NCBI GenBank assembly: GCA_000002435.2
Contig: CM018790.1
Source of the DNA: Giardia intestinalis
Taxonomy: Eukaryota
DNA length: 64,000 nt
Reading direction: 5' to 3' (one strand)
The notes beneath the pieces are model-generated. The model was not told the DNA's origin. It was given only the letters and a program-made list of their open reading frames with translations, and did not search any database. Positions 39,078-49,557 of the stretch are shown here, piece after piece (position 1 is the first letter of the stretch; each line of letters begins with the position of its first letter). The translations under genes were made by a program, and so were the position numbers.

Positions 39078-42000
39078 ATGTACCCAGTGCTCCGGCTGTA
39101 TCTCAAGACGGCCAGAGCCCACCTTTGTCTCTACATCTGCATGATTGTCATGCCGGTCGTTGTGATGGCCGCTGTCGCGCTCTTCTTCTCGTTCGAGGAT
39201 AGACTGCAAAGCCCTAGCAGCGGCCTAGGCGAAGGGACTCTCCCGCGCCTCCCGTTGTGCAGGGACCTGCCTGGTTGCACGAGCCAGACCGTGTACCTTG
39301 CATTCTCCCCCGACACGATCGAAGCGCGCCGGGTCGTTGACAGACTCGCCCAACAGAACGGATTAGAGTCGGAGCGGATTGTTGCCGTAAAAGACCGCGC
39401 AACGATGCAGAGGCTTGTGGCCGGGAAGAATCTCGGCCCGAGCTTTGTCGATGACGTGATTGCGGCCAACCTGGGAGAGACGGTGCGGGGGCACCTCCTA
39501 GGCGCCGATGGCTCCCTTGCTTCAATCCTCACCCCGCGGGAGGTCCTTGCAGACAGGGGCGTCGTTGCAGAGATGCTTGACACAGCGTATGGGCTTAATG
39601 ACAGAACCCTGGATGCGTTCGATGACGAGTGGGCCGCGAGCATGGGACCGGCCGACAGCGTCTTCCTCGCGCTCGACCTAAACATCTCAAACCGGGAAGC
39701 GTCAGACATCCCGCAGGCCGTCCAGTACTCGCTCTGGTACAGCCAGGAGATGATGACCTGGTACGCTGTCAAACACCCTAGTCCACGGACAAGGTCCTCA
39801 ACGCCTAACTCGTACGCCATGTCGTATGTGTGGAGCCCGGTGTCCTTCAGCATTTTCGAGGCGATTCACAACGCCCTGACGGAAACCTTTATTGGCAAAA
39901 CCATTTCGTACAGCCTGGGAGAGTATCCGTTGCAAGGCTCGACGACCACCCTTGCTGGGATGCAGGCGTACATGATTCTCCAGCTTTCTATCTTCCTCGA
40001 GTGCATCCTGACCCTCATCTTCGCAGCGCACTTTCGCGGGCCCTTTCAGACCACGCTCCGCCGATTGGGTGTCTCGGAGTTCTGCATGTACGGGTTCACG
40101 TTTGGCACACTTTTGATCGCCAACCTCTTGGCATACGGACTTCTCTTTGGTGCTGGCTCGCTCTTCAAGTTGTTTCCCTTCTCGAGCTACACTCCTTCTC
40201 TTAACGCCCTTGTCAGCATCACCTTCGCCCTCATCACCACCGCCTCCGTGCTGCTCCTGCACATGCTCTTCTACAACACGTCGGTGGCAATTGCCTTTGG
40301 GACGGTGGCCCTGATTCTGCTCGTGGCGTTCCCCTTCCTGATCCTCCTCGAGCAACCAGACTACCCCACGATCTGGACACAACTTGCTATTCCAACCTGG
40401 CTGACAAAGGTCTTCTACGTCCTGTTTCCTCCCCTGGGGCTCGTTGCCATCTGCGACATGATGATAACGTTGAGACCGGAGCGTATGCTGACTCTTCTTG
40501 TTGGACAGAGCGCCAGCACGTACGGCCTTGAGCTCCTGTTTAATGACATAGATGGATATCATTCAAAGCACTTTTCGTGTCTAGGTACAATATTTATTGG
40601 TGTATCTGAGTGTACTTTTCAGCTTCCTTACCTTGGATCTCTTGTCGTCACGTCCCTGGTTCAGAGCACCCTAGCTCTTCCGCTGTTAACTCTGGTTCTC
40701 CTCTTCTGCAAGCATGAGCCAGGCTCACAAGGACTTCCCCTCAGCTTCCTCTGCAGCCGCAAGTTCTACCGTACAAGGCGCCCCAAGGACAACCCGGAGT
40801 TCCCCTTTCTGTCTGTCTCAGGGCTTCGGAAGACATACCGTAAGGCAAAGAGATGCACGGTCGTCAAGGAGGAGGCGCTGTGCGGGCTGGACTTGCACCT
40901 TGAGCAGGGAGAGGTCACGGGCCTCGTCGCGACAAGCGGCGGGGGAAAGTCCACAGCCCTGGGGATCATGGCTGGCGAACTGGCGCCCTCCGGCGGGCAG
41001 TGCGCAGGGCTCGGGCACGATCTCCTCTGTCCGTACACCGCACGGTCCCTGCGGGGGTTCATCTCGCTCTGTCCCCAGGAATGGAACAACATCTGGATCA
41101 ACCTCACTGTCAGGGAGAACGTTCTTCTGTGCGCAGAGATCCGGGCCAGGGTCACGGGCCGCCTCGGCGAGCTCCAGCACAGAAGCGAGTCTCTCGACGG
41201 ATACGTCGACGAACTCCTGAAGCGCCTCGGGTTGCACGACCACGCGCACAAGCAGGCGTCTGCCCTGTCTGGGGGGATGCTTCGTCGCCTGGCCCTTGCA
41301 AACGCAACGGCGGGAGGTCCGCGGCTGATACTTCTCGACGAGATTACGGTGGGCGTGGACCCGATCCTGAAGCGCCAGATCTGGGCGTACGTTCGCGCAC
41401 TGGTCACAGAAGGCGCCGCAGCAGTCCTGTCCTCCCACGACGCCAACGAGATAGCAGAGCTAGCCACTCGCGTTGTCGTGCTCAAGGCCGGTCGGACGCA
41501 GGCCGATGCCCCTGTCGTGCAACTCCTTGAGGAGCATGGAGACTACGTGGTCTCAGTGACGTCGGAAAGCCGCGACGCCATTTCACGAGTAGCGCTGCTG
41601 CTCTCGACGGAGCTAGGGACTCTGCTCGGAGTTGGCGCTAAAGAGCTAGGTGTTACAATGGACCCACGGCGTGCCAGCATATCCATCCCTGCAGCACTAG
41701 TCCCAGATGCACATGCTCTGGCGGGTCTGATACAGCACTGCCGCGCCTTCGAGAAACGAGAGGGCGTCCAGGTTGCCGTCTCACGGGCCCGGCTGGAGGA
41801 TGTCTTCGAGCACCTGCTGGATGGCGAAGACGACGCGCAGCCGGAGCCTCTGCGCTCAGTAACTCTGGACGAGGACAGAAAGCCCTCCGTGACGCGCCAC
41901 CTGCTGCTCCTCTTCCTCTCCCTGGACCTTCAAGAGCACTGCAGAAGCTTTGTTTCCATACTTGCTGCACTGACCGCCCTGTTTGTGCTAATTTGGATGG

Positions 42001-45000
42001 GGGTCCATTATACTCTTACTAGCGTCAAAAGTGCTATTGAGTTGGTAGAGGCAGCGCAACTTAGCGAGTGGTCTCTGTCGTGCCTTGCTGACTGCATCAA
42101 CACCAATCCCGATGCAGACCCCTTGCTGACAGACGCCAATGTCACAACTGAAAACGTAAGCGAGTTTTTGAAGGCCAACCCAGGAGTCGATGCCCTTCAG
42201 GTCATGGAGCGCTGCCTGGTGAAGCGTCCTCGGCGACTCTTCGAGCCAATGCTTCAGTATCCAAATGGATTCTCCGCCTGTCTTAGCTACATGAATCGCT
42301 TGGGCCTCGACACATATCGCTACGATTACTTGACCGTTGGAGATCGTCAGACAGGATCCCTGGGAACCAACGAGACACAGTTCAGTTGGTACTACATTGG
42401 CGTAGTAGGTGACGCCTCGAAGGTCGAGACCTCAGACAGCGTATCATTGAGCCTGTCTCTGGACGACCCTCTTATAGCAAGCTCTCCAACGGGAGGGCTT
42501 GACTATTATGTCGCAAACGAGCCCCAGCAGATCTCTTTCTCTCCCCAGAACTTTGGGGATGTGTGGAGGAGGGGCGTGGAGGCAGGCCTCAGACACCCCT
42601 TGGACTCCGATGACCTGTTCTCGCTTGTGGCCCCCCGCATGACTGTACCTCAGTATCTTCGCAGTGACACATCTCCGCCCCCGAAGGATACAGAGAATCG
42701 CACACTTCTGCTTGAGGAGACAATTCTTCGCCAACCCACGGCAAGTGACTTCTTCGAGGGGATTACGTCCACAATTGGCAGTACATTTACCAAGCCAGAC
42801 TGCTTCGATTCACAGCCGGCTGTACAAGCACGTGTGGTTCGCAGGGTGTTCAGAAGCATCCCTGCGGTTATCTTTCAACCAGGCCAGCACGAGGCAGGCA
42901 GTGCGTTGCTTCTTAAGATGTATGCTATGCTTCCTCCTCTCGGGCCACAACGCAAGGCCTATCGTGATTGGGTCATTACCTTTACTCCATCGAAAGAGCG
43001 GGCCGATACGCCAGCATATACTTCGAAATATTTCATCCCTACTTTGTTTCAATATCTGTACAAATATCCTAACAATGCCATTGATATCACGAAAACCGAT
43101 CGTGTCAGATTCACATTCACGACGATTGGGGCGGATGCGATGGCCAAGATGACCGGCGCTCTCTTCCGTCAGCACCTCGTAGAGTCTCTTCGGGACACGC
43201 TCGGCGTAGAGGAGGCGTGGCGCCAAGGGACAGAATTCACCTATGACGGGTCCGTGATGAGTATCCCTAGGCGGTATCTGAACAGAGATCTCATATTCGA
43301 AACTCCGGGGGCAGCCCTGCAATCGATGGAGATAATGAGTGACTACTACTTAGTGTTCCTCTTATTGCTAGGAAGCGTTATCGTAGCCGGTCGCGCTGCC
43401 CGGGAATTTCAGCAGCGCACCGTGACCCTTCTTCACCTCCACGGGGCCTCTGAAATGCGCGTTGTCATGGTTCTTATCCTGTACTTCAGCATCTGGACCA
43501 TCATCCCCACAATACTGATTGCAGCGGCCTTGACAGCACTCTTTAAGGACGCCTTCTTCATCCACGGTCCTGCAGTGGCCGCTGTCGCATATACCTGCCT
43601 GGGAATGATAGCTCTTTCCAGCGTGTTCAATGCAGTCCTAGTGGCCGTGCTCCTTCGCTCTCAGCAGAACGCCATGCTGACCGTGGTTCTCCAGATCCTC
43701 GTCGCTGTCTTTGTCTCCGGCTCTCTCAGGGCCGAGGGAGCAGTGGCCGCCGTCCTGGGCCTTCTGGCTCCCGGCGCGGGGTACATGCCCGTGCTGCGAA
43801 ACGCCATAGGACTTAGCCGCATTAGCTGGGGGTCTCTTGCCCTCTCGTTTCTGATATCGCTGCTAGAGGTGCTTGCCTCGCTTGGCGTGCTGCTGCTCAG
43901 GAAGATTCGGGTCCGCCAGAGGATCAAAGACAGGACCCCTGACGGATCAGATTCAGAGGAGTCTGGACTGCTGAGCGGGCTATCAGAAACAACTTCCATG
44001 ACCAGCCTCAATTTGGAGAGGAAGGATGCACCTCCCGGACACCCTGACAACCACCTCAGCGTGCAGGGGATCTCGCACAGCTATCGCAAGGGCGTCCACG
44101 CGCTCGACAACGCCTCGTTTTCGGTGCCGGCGGGGAGCATCTTCGCCCTGCTCGGCGCCAACGGGGCCGGGAAGTCCACGATGATGCACGCCCTGACCGG
44201 AGTCCTGAGGCCGACTGCTGGAAGCGCTCTCTGCGTGCGTAACGAGGCCGACAGCAGATGGGTTGACCTCTTCCGGCGGGTCCACCACAGCCGGTACATC
44301 ACAGTTGTTCCCCAGCACGACCTTTACTGGCCGCAGCTCACGGTCCGCGACCACGTGAAGATCATCCGAGGGCTCACGCCCAGGGCACTTCGGCCAAACA
44401 TCAAGTCGACGGACCACGTGCTCCGCCTGGTGGGGCTGGCCGAGCACGCCAACAAGAGGGCCGGTGCGCTCTCGGGCGGGATGCGGCGGCGCCTCACGCT
44501 CGCGATGGTCCTAGTTTCGTCTCCCTCGCTCATCTGCCTCGACGAGGCGACGACGAGCTTCTCGGGGCGCCTGAGGAAGCGGGTCTGGGACGCCATTCTT
44601 GCCAGCAAGGGCGTCAACAAGACGCTCATCGTCACGAGCCACGACATGGCCGAGGTGGAGGCCCTGGCAGACACATGCTGCGTCCTCCGGAAGGGCCGGG
44701 TCATCGCCAGCGGGTCTGTCGACGATCTCTCTGCACAGAGCCGCGTGGCCTACACGCTCACCGTCGCGTGCGGATCATTAGAGGCGTTCGACGCCTACCT
44801 TGCTGGCCCCCACAAGTGCGCCTGTGAACTCTCTGGTGGGCTGCTTGCAAACGCCGAAGTCAACAGCGTTGCACGGCTAGTCAAGTACAGGATCCCTCAA
44901 GGTGTGGACCTCGAGACGGCCATCTCCTCTCTGTCCTCGGCCGGGTGCCTAACGCACGCCTGGGCGCTGACGCATGCACGCCTGGAGGAGGCGTTCGTTG

Positions 45001-45017
45001 ATCTAACAGGGTGCTAA
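39078..45017 (+). CDS. ABCA-type full ABC transporter (TMD-NBD-TMD-NBD, about 1979 aa)
   Basis: NBD1: Walker A GLVATSGGGKST, signature LSGGMLRRLALA, Walker B LILLDEITVGVDP. NBD2: Walker A LLGANGAGKSTMM, signature LSGGMRRRLTLAM, Walker B LICLDEATTSF. Multi-helix TMDs with large loops. The ATG at 39078 has the context tttcaaaaataATG; the track start at 39024 is a TTG. Confidence 0.9.
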   Translation: MYPVLRLYLKTARAHLCLYICMIVMPVVVMAAVALFFSFEDRLQSPSSGLGEGTLPRLPLCRDLPGCTSQTVYLAFSPDTIEARRVVDRLAQQNGLESERIVAVKDRATMQRLVAGKNLGPSFVDDVIAANLGETVRGHLLGADGSLASILTPREVLADRGVVAEMLDTAYGLNDRTLDAFDDEWAASMGPADSVFLALDLNISNREASDIPQAVQYSLWYSQEMMTWYAVKHPSPRTRSSTPNSYAMSYVWSPVSFSIFEAIHNALTETFIGKTISYSLGEYPLQGSTTTLAGMQAYMILQLSIFLECILTLIFAAHFRGPFQTTLRRLGVSEFCMYGFTFGTLLIANLLAYGLLFGAGSLFKLFPFSSYTPSLNALVSITFALITTASVLLLHMLFYNTSVAIAFGTVALILLVAFPFLILLEQPDYPTIWTQLAIPTWLTKVFYVLFPPLGLVAICDMMITLRPERMLTLLVGQSASTYGLELLFNDIDGYHSKHFSCLGTIFIGVSECTFQLPYLGSLVVTSLVQSTLALPLLTLVLLFCKHEPGSQGLPLSFLCSRKFYRTRRPKDNPEFPFLSVSGLRKTYRKAKRCTVVKEEALCGLDLHLEQGEVTGLVATSGGGKSTALGIMAGELAPSGGQCAGLGHDLLCPYTARSLRGFISLCPQEWNNIWINLTVRENVLLCAEIRARVTGRLGELQHRSESLDGYVDELLKRLGLHDHAHKQASALSGGMLRRLALANATAGGPRLILLDEITVGVDPILKRQIWAYVRALVTEGAAAVLSSHDANEIAELATRVVVLKAGRTQADAPVVQLLEEHGDYVVSVTSESRDAISRVALLLSTELGTLLGVGAKELGVTMDPRRASISIPAALVPDAHALAGLIQHCRAFEKREGVQVAVSRARLEDVFEHLLDGEDDAQPEPLRSVTLDEDRKPSVTRHLLLLFLSLDLQEHCRSFVSILAALTALFVLIWMGVHYTLTSVKSAIELVEAAQLSEWSLSCLADCINTNPDADPLLTDANVTTENVSEFLKANPGVDALQVMERCLVKRPRRLFEPMLQYPNGFSACLSYMNRLGLDTYRYDYLTVGDRQTGSLGTNETQFSWYYIGVVGDASKVETSDSVSLSLSLDDPLIASSPTGGLDYYVANEPQQISFSPQNFGDVWRRGVEAGLRHPLDSDDLFSLVAPRMTVPQYLRSDTSPPPKDTENRTLLLEETILRQPTASDFFEGITSTIGSTFTKPDCFDSQPAVQARVVRRVFRSIPAVIFQPGQHEAGSALLLKMYAMLPPLGPQRKAYRDWVITFTPSKERADTPAYTSKYFIPTLFQYLYKYPNNAIDITKTDRVRFTFTTIGADAMAKMTGALFRQHLVESLRDTLGVEEAWRQGTEFTYDGSVMSIPRRYLNRDLIFETPGAALQSMEIMSDYYLVFLLLLGSVIVAGRAAREFQQRTVTLLHLHGASEMRVVMVLILYFSIWTIIPTILIAAALTALFKDAFFIHGPAVAAVAYTCLGMIALSSVFNAVLVAVLLRSQQNAMLTVVLQILVAVFVSGSLRAEGAVAAVLGLLAPGAGYMPVLRNAIGLSRISWGSLALSFLISLLEVLASLGVLLLRKIRVRQRIKDRTPDGSDSEESGLLSGLSETTSMTSLNLERKDAPPGHPDNHLSVQGISHSYRKGVHALDNASFSVPAGSIFALLGANGAGKSTMMHALTGVLRPTAGSALCVRNEADSRWVDLFRRVHHSRYITVVPQHDLYWPQLTVRDHVKIIRGLTPRALRPNIKSTDHVLRLVGLAEHANKRAGALSGGMRRRLTLAMVLVSSPSLICLDEATTSFSGRLRKRVWDAILASKGVNKTLIVTSHDMAEVEALADTCCVLRKGRVIASGSVDDLSAQSRVAYTLTVACGSLEAFDAYLAGPHKCACELSGGLLANAEVNSVARLVKYRIPQGVDLETAISSLSSAGCLTHAWALTHARLEEAFVDLTGC

Positions 45018-45290
45018 GTTGCAGAAGGCAACCAGGTCACCTCTACGAAGCTTGTGATTCTAGTGAAGCGAATAAGCCCGCCTCTAATCATCTTCCCAAC
45101 CGCAATTCTGTCTCAATGGCTGCAGGCACCGGAACACGGCCCATTGTGTTGCTGCTCACACGCGGCCCAGTCTCTGGGCAAGGGATGCCTCTATCTGGTG
45201 CAGTGATCCTGCAGTATTTACTGTGGTAGAACAGAGTTGTCACGTCTGATCCAGCGACCAGCAGGCTAAGGCGCTGACAAGGCGTGCTAT

Positions 45291-48152
45291 TCAGTGCCTG
45301 CCCTCGGATCGGGCAGGGCGTTTGGTTGAGACAACGCGGACGACGGGTTGCGCGCCCTCTTGCAGAGGCTTAAGTTCCAGATTAGCCAGGGGATAAAGGG
45401 TGTTGAGCCCACCGTAGTCAATTGCGTCTCCAAGGGCTGCCGCTTGCCGTGCACGAGTTTTGTTTGCAATGGCGATGCTGTGTCTTAGGGTGGCAACGGC
45501 AATGTCGTCGTTCTTTTCAACGTAGTTGGAGTAGTAGCCTACCTCTGAATCATTTAACAGATAGCAGCCACACGCCACATAGATCCGCTTGACTAGCATA
45601 TCTGTGCTTCTGGCTGCCCGGGATCTGAAGACATTCGCTGTGGAGCGTTGCACAAACAGAAGTTCACGAGAAAACCGCTGGAGGATACTATCTAGGGTGT
45701 CGCACACCTCCACGCTGAGGCGCATGTTGCCCTCTTGCAGCGGGAAGAGGGTGTATATCTCAGGCTTGTACAATGATGTGCGAGCCGAGAAACCGCTGGC
45801 GGACTCGCTGGTGAGCGAGCTCAGTGTCTTTGAAAGCAGAGCAGCTAACCCTTGGACTGAACCGAGGGTAAGGGGAGGACATTGTAAATACAGGTGATTG
45901 CTTGTCTTCGCAATGGTGTCTCCGCTTCCTTTACGGTCGGTCCCGAACAGGCGGGTCAGCTCCTGCATATGTTTCAAGTCATATAGTTGATGGATGTATT
46001 CGCACAGCAGAGGAGTGAAGTCAAGATTGAGTACAGGTGGGTGATCGGTGCAAGGGATAAAGCAAGTTCCTTGGTTGAACAGCGCGCGGAGAAAGGTTAG
46101 GATGGTGTCATTGGCTACTCCATTGATGGTGCAAAACTTTATTGCTAGATCTGTAACATGAATGGCAAAGACAGTAAACGCACGAATAGGGACACAATCG
46201 TACACTATGTCCTTGGCGTCTGTGTCACTTTTCTGATTGGTATTGCCAGTGCCATCGTCTTTATCCTTAACTTGCGTGCCAGATGTATTTATAACATTAT
46301 AATAATGGTACAGAACCGCGCTATTAAGCAAAGAGTCACAGCATCCAAACACAACTGCTGCGGTGTTAAATTTAGTGCTGTTGCTTTCCACACGTTCAGC
46401 TATCAAAGAGTGCTTGATATAGGCCCCACACGCAAGAAAATTAAGAGATGTAAACGCATATGCATACAAGCATCTAAGTAAGAAAGTGTAGAGGGGGGTC
46501 TTGACTCGATTTGACTCGGCCAGAAAGTCAAGGATCAATACAATAAGATTCGAAATAGTGTTATTCTGCATACATGGGTGTGGCGAGTAAAACTCCTCTG
46601 GTATAGAGTCTGTCAATGGTATACCTTGACATCTCTGTAGAGTAGATAGAGTCCATGTCGGCTTTTTAACATAACATCCAGATCGCCTATAGACGTTATC
46701 AAAGTCCTTTTGGGCCGATTCTTGGTGCTCATAGGTATCTGAGTCGTCTGAATCATGGTCCATATGGCCTGCATCTACGCCTTGTTCTGTAGAGAGAGTA
46801 GGAAGCAGACCAGGGAAGTCAAAGACACCGTACGGTGTTGGCTCACCTTGCTGTGATTTAAGAGAAATGACCTGCTGAGCCTTTGGAATAAGAGCACAAA
46901 CAGCTTCACCCAGATGCCTCCGCAGTCTGTGCCACAGGTTAGCGGGTCGGCCTCCAACAAGCCCTTGCAATGCTCCTAGCTCTGCCTCGTCCCAGTGGTC
47001 TGAGCTAACTAAGTTAACAAGTTCAGTGAAACATTGCCCTTCTGTGTCGTTGTTATCGTATGCCAAAGATTCATGTCCTAATCTGAGCAATCCTAGGATA
47101 TAGGATAAAAGAGAAAAGTAGGTTATGCCTGATGGCTGGTACTGAATCACTGTCTCAAGGCAAAACAAAACTCGTCTTGCCGCCTCTAATTCGCTGATTA
47201 TAGCTTGATTGACCAAAAGGGCAGATACCTTCATTTCAAAGTCAACCACCTCGTTCCAGAGAAGATTTGCAAGAAGCTGCTTCTGCTTATCAGACGTAGT
47301 ATGAACATAATTCATGCCTGGGATGCTATTATTCGGCCATCTACCCGGTGCTTTGGAGCTAAAAGAACTTCCATGGGCTAGCTGCTGAATATTACTGGGA
47401 ACGCCCATGGCGTTACACATAGTTACATGACGTTTTAGCAAGAATTTAACGATCAGGCTGTAATTCTTGACGATTGTACAAAAACGTGTAAGCTGGTTCA
47501 AAGTGGGTATAAAGTCTAGGGGCTGTCCCTGTGCATCGATCGTGGGAAGGGAAGAGTCATCTGCGTATAGCCTTAACCCCTCCTCAGGTTGAGAGCTGTC
47601 GATATTTGCAATGCGACAGTAATTTGTTAGCTGGCTATAAAGCCTGAGGTCCGGTAGCGCAATGGTAGCCAGGGGGATGGTACTCAAAAACTCCATTATC
47701 AGAAGAGAAAGGTCTATTTCTTTGTTAGTGTATGTCACGTTGCACAACACTTTCCATGCTATGTTTCCTAGAGGATCATACGGAGCAAATAGCACGGCCA
47801 GCGCAGCTAGAGACATGACCTGCGGAATTCCTGTCCGACTTGTATCGGTTGCATTTATCTTAGAGAAGGAATGCCGAATAAGAGGGGCAAAAACAATTGC
47901 TGTGGGTGCTATCTGGATCACTTTGCAGAGCTCAGCATACAGCAGAGGATCTTTCTTAGCGAGGAGAGTCTCAATGAAGATGGCCCCCATTTCGGGATCA
48001 GTAGGGAAGATGGAAAGATAGGTGCGTATCAAGCCACAGTGTTGGTTTGTGCTCATTAGTTTTTCAAGACTTCCTGATCGGAGAGGCTCCCAGGAAGATA
48101 GAGAGTCTGGGTTCTGAGTAACATTCGAAAGAAACTCCGTCAGAGAGGCCAT
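45291..48152 (-). CDS. large hypothetical protein (953 aa), probably an alpha-helical repeat
   Basis: Continuous ORF with an A-rich initiator (gcactgtaaaaaaATG). No family recognised. Confidence 0.6.
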   Translation of the reverse strand: MASLTEFLSNVTQNPDSLSSWEPLRSGSLEKLMSTNQHCGLIRTYLSIFPTDPEMGAIFIETLLAKKDPLLYAELCKVIQIAPTAIVFAPLIRHSFSKINATDTSRTGIPQVMSLAALAVLFAPYDPLGNIAWKVLCNVTYTNKEIDLSLLIMEFLSTIPLATIALPDLRLYSQLTNYCRIANIDSSQPEEGLRLYADDSSLPTIDAQGQPLDFIPTLNQLTRFCTIVKNYSLIVKFLLKRHVTMCNAMGVPSNIQQLAHGSSFSSKAPGRWPNNSIPGMNYVHTTSDKQKQLLANLLWNEVVDFEMKVSALLVNQAIISELEAARRVLFCLETVIQYQPSGITYFSLLSYILGLLRLGHESLAYDNNDTEGQCFTELVNLVSSDHWDEAELGALQGLVGGRPANLWHRLRRHLGEAVCALIPKAQQVISLKSQQGEPTPYGVFDFPGLLPTLSTEQGVDAGHMDHDSDDSDTYEHQESAQKDFDNVYRRSGCYVKKPTWTLSTLQRCQGIPLTDSIPEEFYSPHPCMQNNTISNLIVLILDFLAESNRVKTPLYTFLLRCLYAYAFTSLNFLACGAYIKHSLIAERVESNSTKFNTAAVVFGCCDSLLNSAVLYHYYNVINTSGTQVKDKDDGTGNTNQKSDTDAKDIVYDCVPIRAFTVFAIHVTDLAIKFCTINGVANDTILTFLRALFNQGTCFIPCTDHPPVLNLDFTPLLCEYIHQLYDLKHMQELTRLFGTDRKGSGDTIAKTSNHLYLQCPPLTLGSVQGLAALLSKTLSSLTSESASGFSARTSLYKPEIYTLFPLQEGNMRLSVEVCDTLDSILQRFSRELLFVQRSTANVFRSRAARSTDMLVKRIYVACGCYLLNDSEVGYYSNYVEKNDDIAVATLRHSIAIANKTRARQAAALGDAIDYGGLNTLYPLANLELKPLQEGAQPVVRVVSTKRPARSEGRH

Positions 48153-48306
48153 TTTTTACAGTGCCCTTAGTAATGAAAAAGCCACCTGGATCTGACGTGA
48201 AGGAAGTGATACTGCTATTAGGTCTTCTAGTTGAGGCGCAAAAGGGTCGGTATGCTTGTGTGCATGGACTGTATTATCCTTGCCGTGAATTAAGCTTCAA
48301 ATAAAA

Positions 48307-49470
48307 ATGACGACTCTTGCTACACTCCCGCCTCTCACCCCTGCGCAGAAACAGCATCTCCTGGAGAAGCTTGCTGAAGATATCATGTGCCCAGAGGAGC
48401 TTCACGCCCTCTTACATGCTGATGGAAACAAGCGCTTGACATGTTATGACGGTTTTGAACCCAGTGGAAGGATACATATTGCGCAAGGAATTGCAAAGGC
48501 CATTAATGTTAACAGGTTATTGAGGTCAGGTATTGACTGCGTCTTTTATGTGGCAGATTGGTTTGCTGCTTTAAATAATAAATGCGACGCAGAGCTCTCA
48601 AAGATCCAAATTTTAGGGCGCTACTTTGTGGAGGTTTGGAAAGCGTGCGGGATGCTGGGTGTCTCTAAACCGGTTGTGTTTAGTACGGGCCAAAAAGCGT
48701 CTGTCAGGTTTGTGTGGGCAAGTGAGTTCATCAGGCAGAACTCTTCCTCGTACTGGATGCGCGTAATGAATATTGCACGTAGCTTTACGGTGCCTCGTAT
48801 GCAGCGATGCTCAACTATAATGGGCCGAACAGAGGGTGATGATCAGCCAATTTCTCAAATACTATATCCCTCAATGCAATGTGCGGATATCTTTGAGCTA
48901 AAGCTGGATCTGGTTGAGATGGGACTTGATCAGCGTAAGGTAAATGCCTTAGCCCGGGATTACTGCGATAAATCTGTAGAGCTAAGGCACCATAAGCCTG
49001 TTATTCTCATGCACCACATGCTGCTTGGCCTTGTGGGTGACGGTAAAATGAGCAAGTCTGTTCCTGACTCTGCTATTTATATGGACGATTCCTTCGAAGA
49101 AATTCAGCGAAAGATCATGAACGCTTCTTGTCCAGAACCAGGAGCCGAGAGCGGCAATCCTATTCTTGAGTACTACAAGTACATTGTGTTTGGCGCAATA
49201 GAGCAGGAGATGATATCAACAGAGTGTTTAGGATCAGTTGTTGTCCTACCATACGACCGGGACGGTAGTGCCGCTGACTGCAGTCAATTCGCTAATTATG
49301 AGGAGCTGGAGACGGCATATGTGGAGGGAAGAATTGCACCACATGTTCTTAAGTCCTCGTTGGTTCACTATATAGACAGTCTTATCGCCCCCGTCCGTGC
49401 CCATTTCAAGTCGACCCCAGAGCTTTCTCGCTTACTCTCTGATGTGCACAACATACGATCTGTCCGCTAA
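48307..49470 (+). CDS. Tyrosyl-tRNA synthetase (class I aaRS), 387 aa
   Basis: …YDGFEPSGRIHIAQG… (HIGH-like region), …LYPSMQCADIFELKLDLVEMGLDQRKVNALARDY…, and KMSKS within …GKMSKSVPDSAIYMDDSFEEIQRKIMNASCPEPG. These parallel the eukaryotic TyrRS segments …[34 protein letters not shown]. Initiator caaataaaaATG. Confidence 0.85.
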   Translation: MTTLATLPPLTPAQKQHLLEKLAEDIMCPEELHALLHADGNKRLTCYDGFEPSGRIHIAQGIAKAINVNRLLRSGIDCVFYVADWFAALNNKCDAELSKIQILGRYFVEVWKACGMLGVSKPVVFSTGQKASVRFVWASEFIRQNSSSYWMRVMNIARSFTVPRMQRCSTIMGRTEGDDQPISQILYPSMQCADIFELKLDLVEMGLDQRKVNALARDYCDKSVELRHHKPVILMHHMLLGLVGDGKMSKSVPDSAIYMDDSFEEIQRKIMNASCPEPGAESGNPILEYYKYIVFGAIEQEMISTECLGSVVVLPYDRDGSAADCSQFANYEELETAYVEGRIAPHVLKSSLVHYIDSLIAPVRAHFKSTPELSRLLSDVHNIRSVR

Positions 49471-49557
49471 GCGTCCACTTACCCTGCGGGCGTGTGCTTA
49501 GAGCGGTCACCGAGACTAAAGCAAACATAGATTCACACACAACTAGAAAAGTGAACT

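Noticed and set aside
39131-44704. Numerous 100-250-aa ORFs on both strands inside the ABC transporter region (e.g. 39131-39853, 39798-40562, 40766-41485, 41000-41530, 43983-44447)
   Set aside because: High GC lowers stop-codon frequency. All of them overlap the well-supported 1979-aa ABC transporter CDS, and their products are Arg/Ala/Pro-rich low-complexity sequence.
45296-45322. Hairpin-forming inverted repeat CTGCCC-tcggatc-GGGCAG
   Set aside because: It lies within the last codons of the 953-aa minus-strand CDS rather than in a spacer, so it is probably incidental.
48173-48304. 43-codon plus-strand ORF filling the divergent spacer and ending 2 nt before the TyrRS ATG (uORF-like)
   Set aside because: Giardia 5'UTRs are only a few nt long, so a uORF on the same mRNA is implausible. 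This is most likely a chance ORF in a short A/T-poor stretch.
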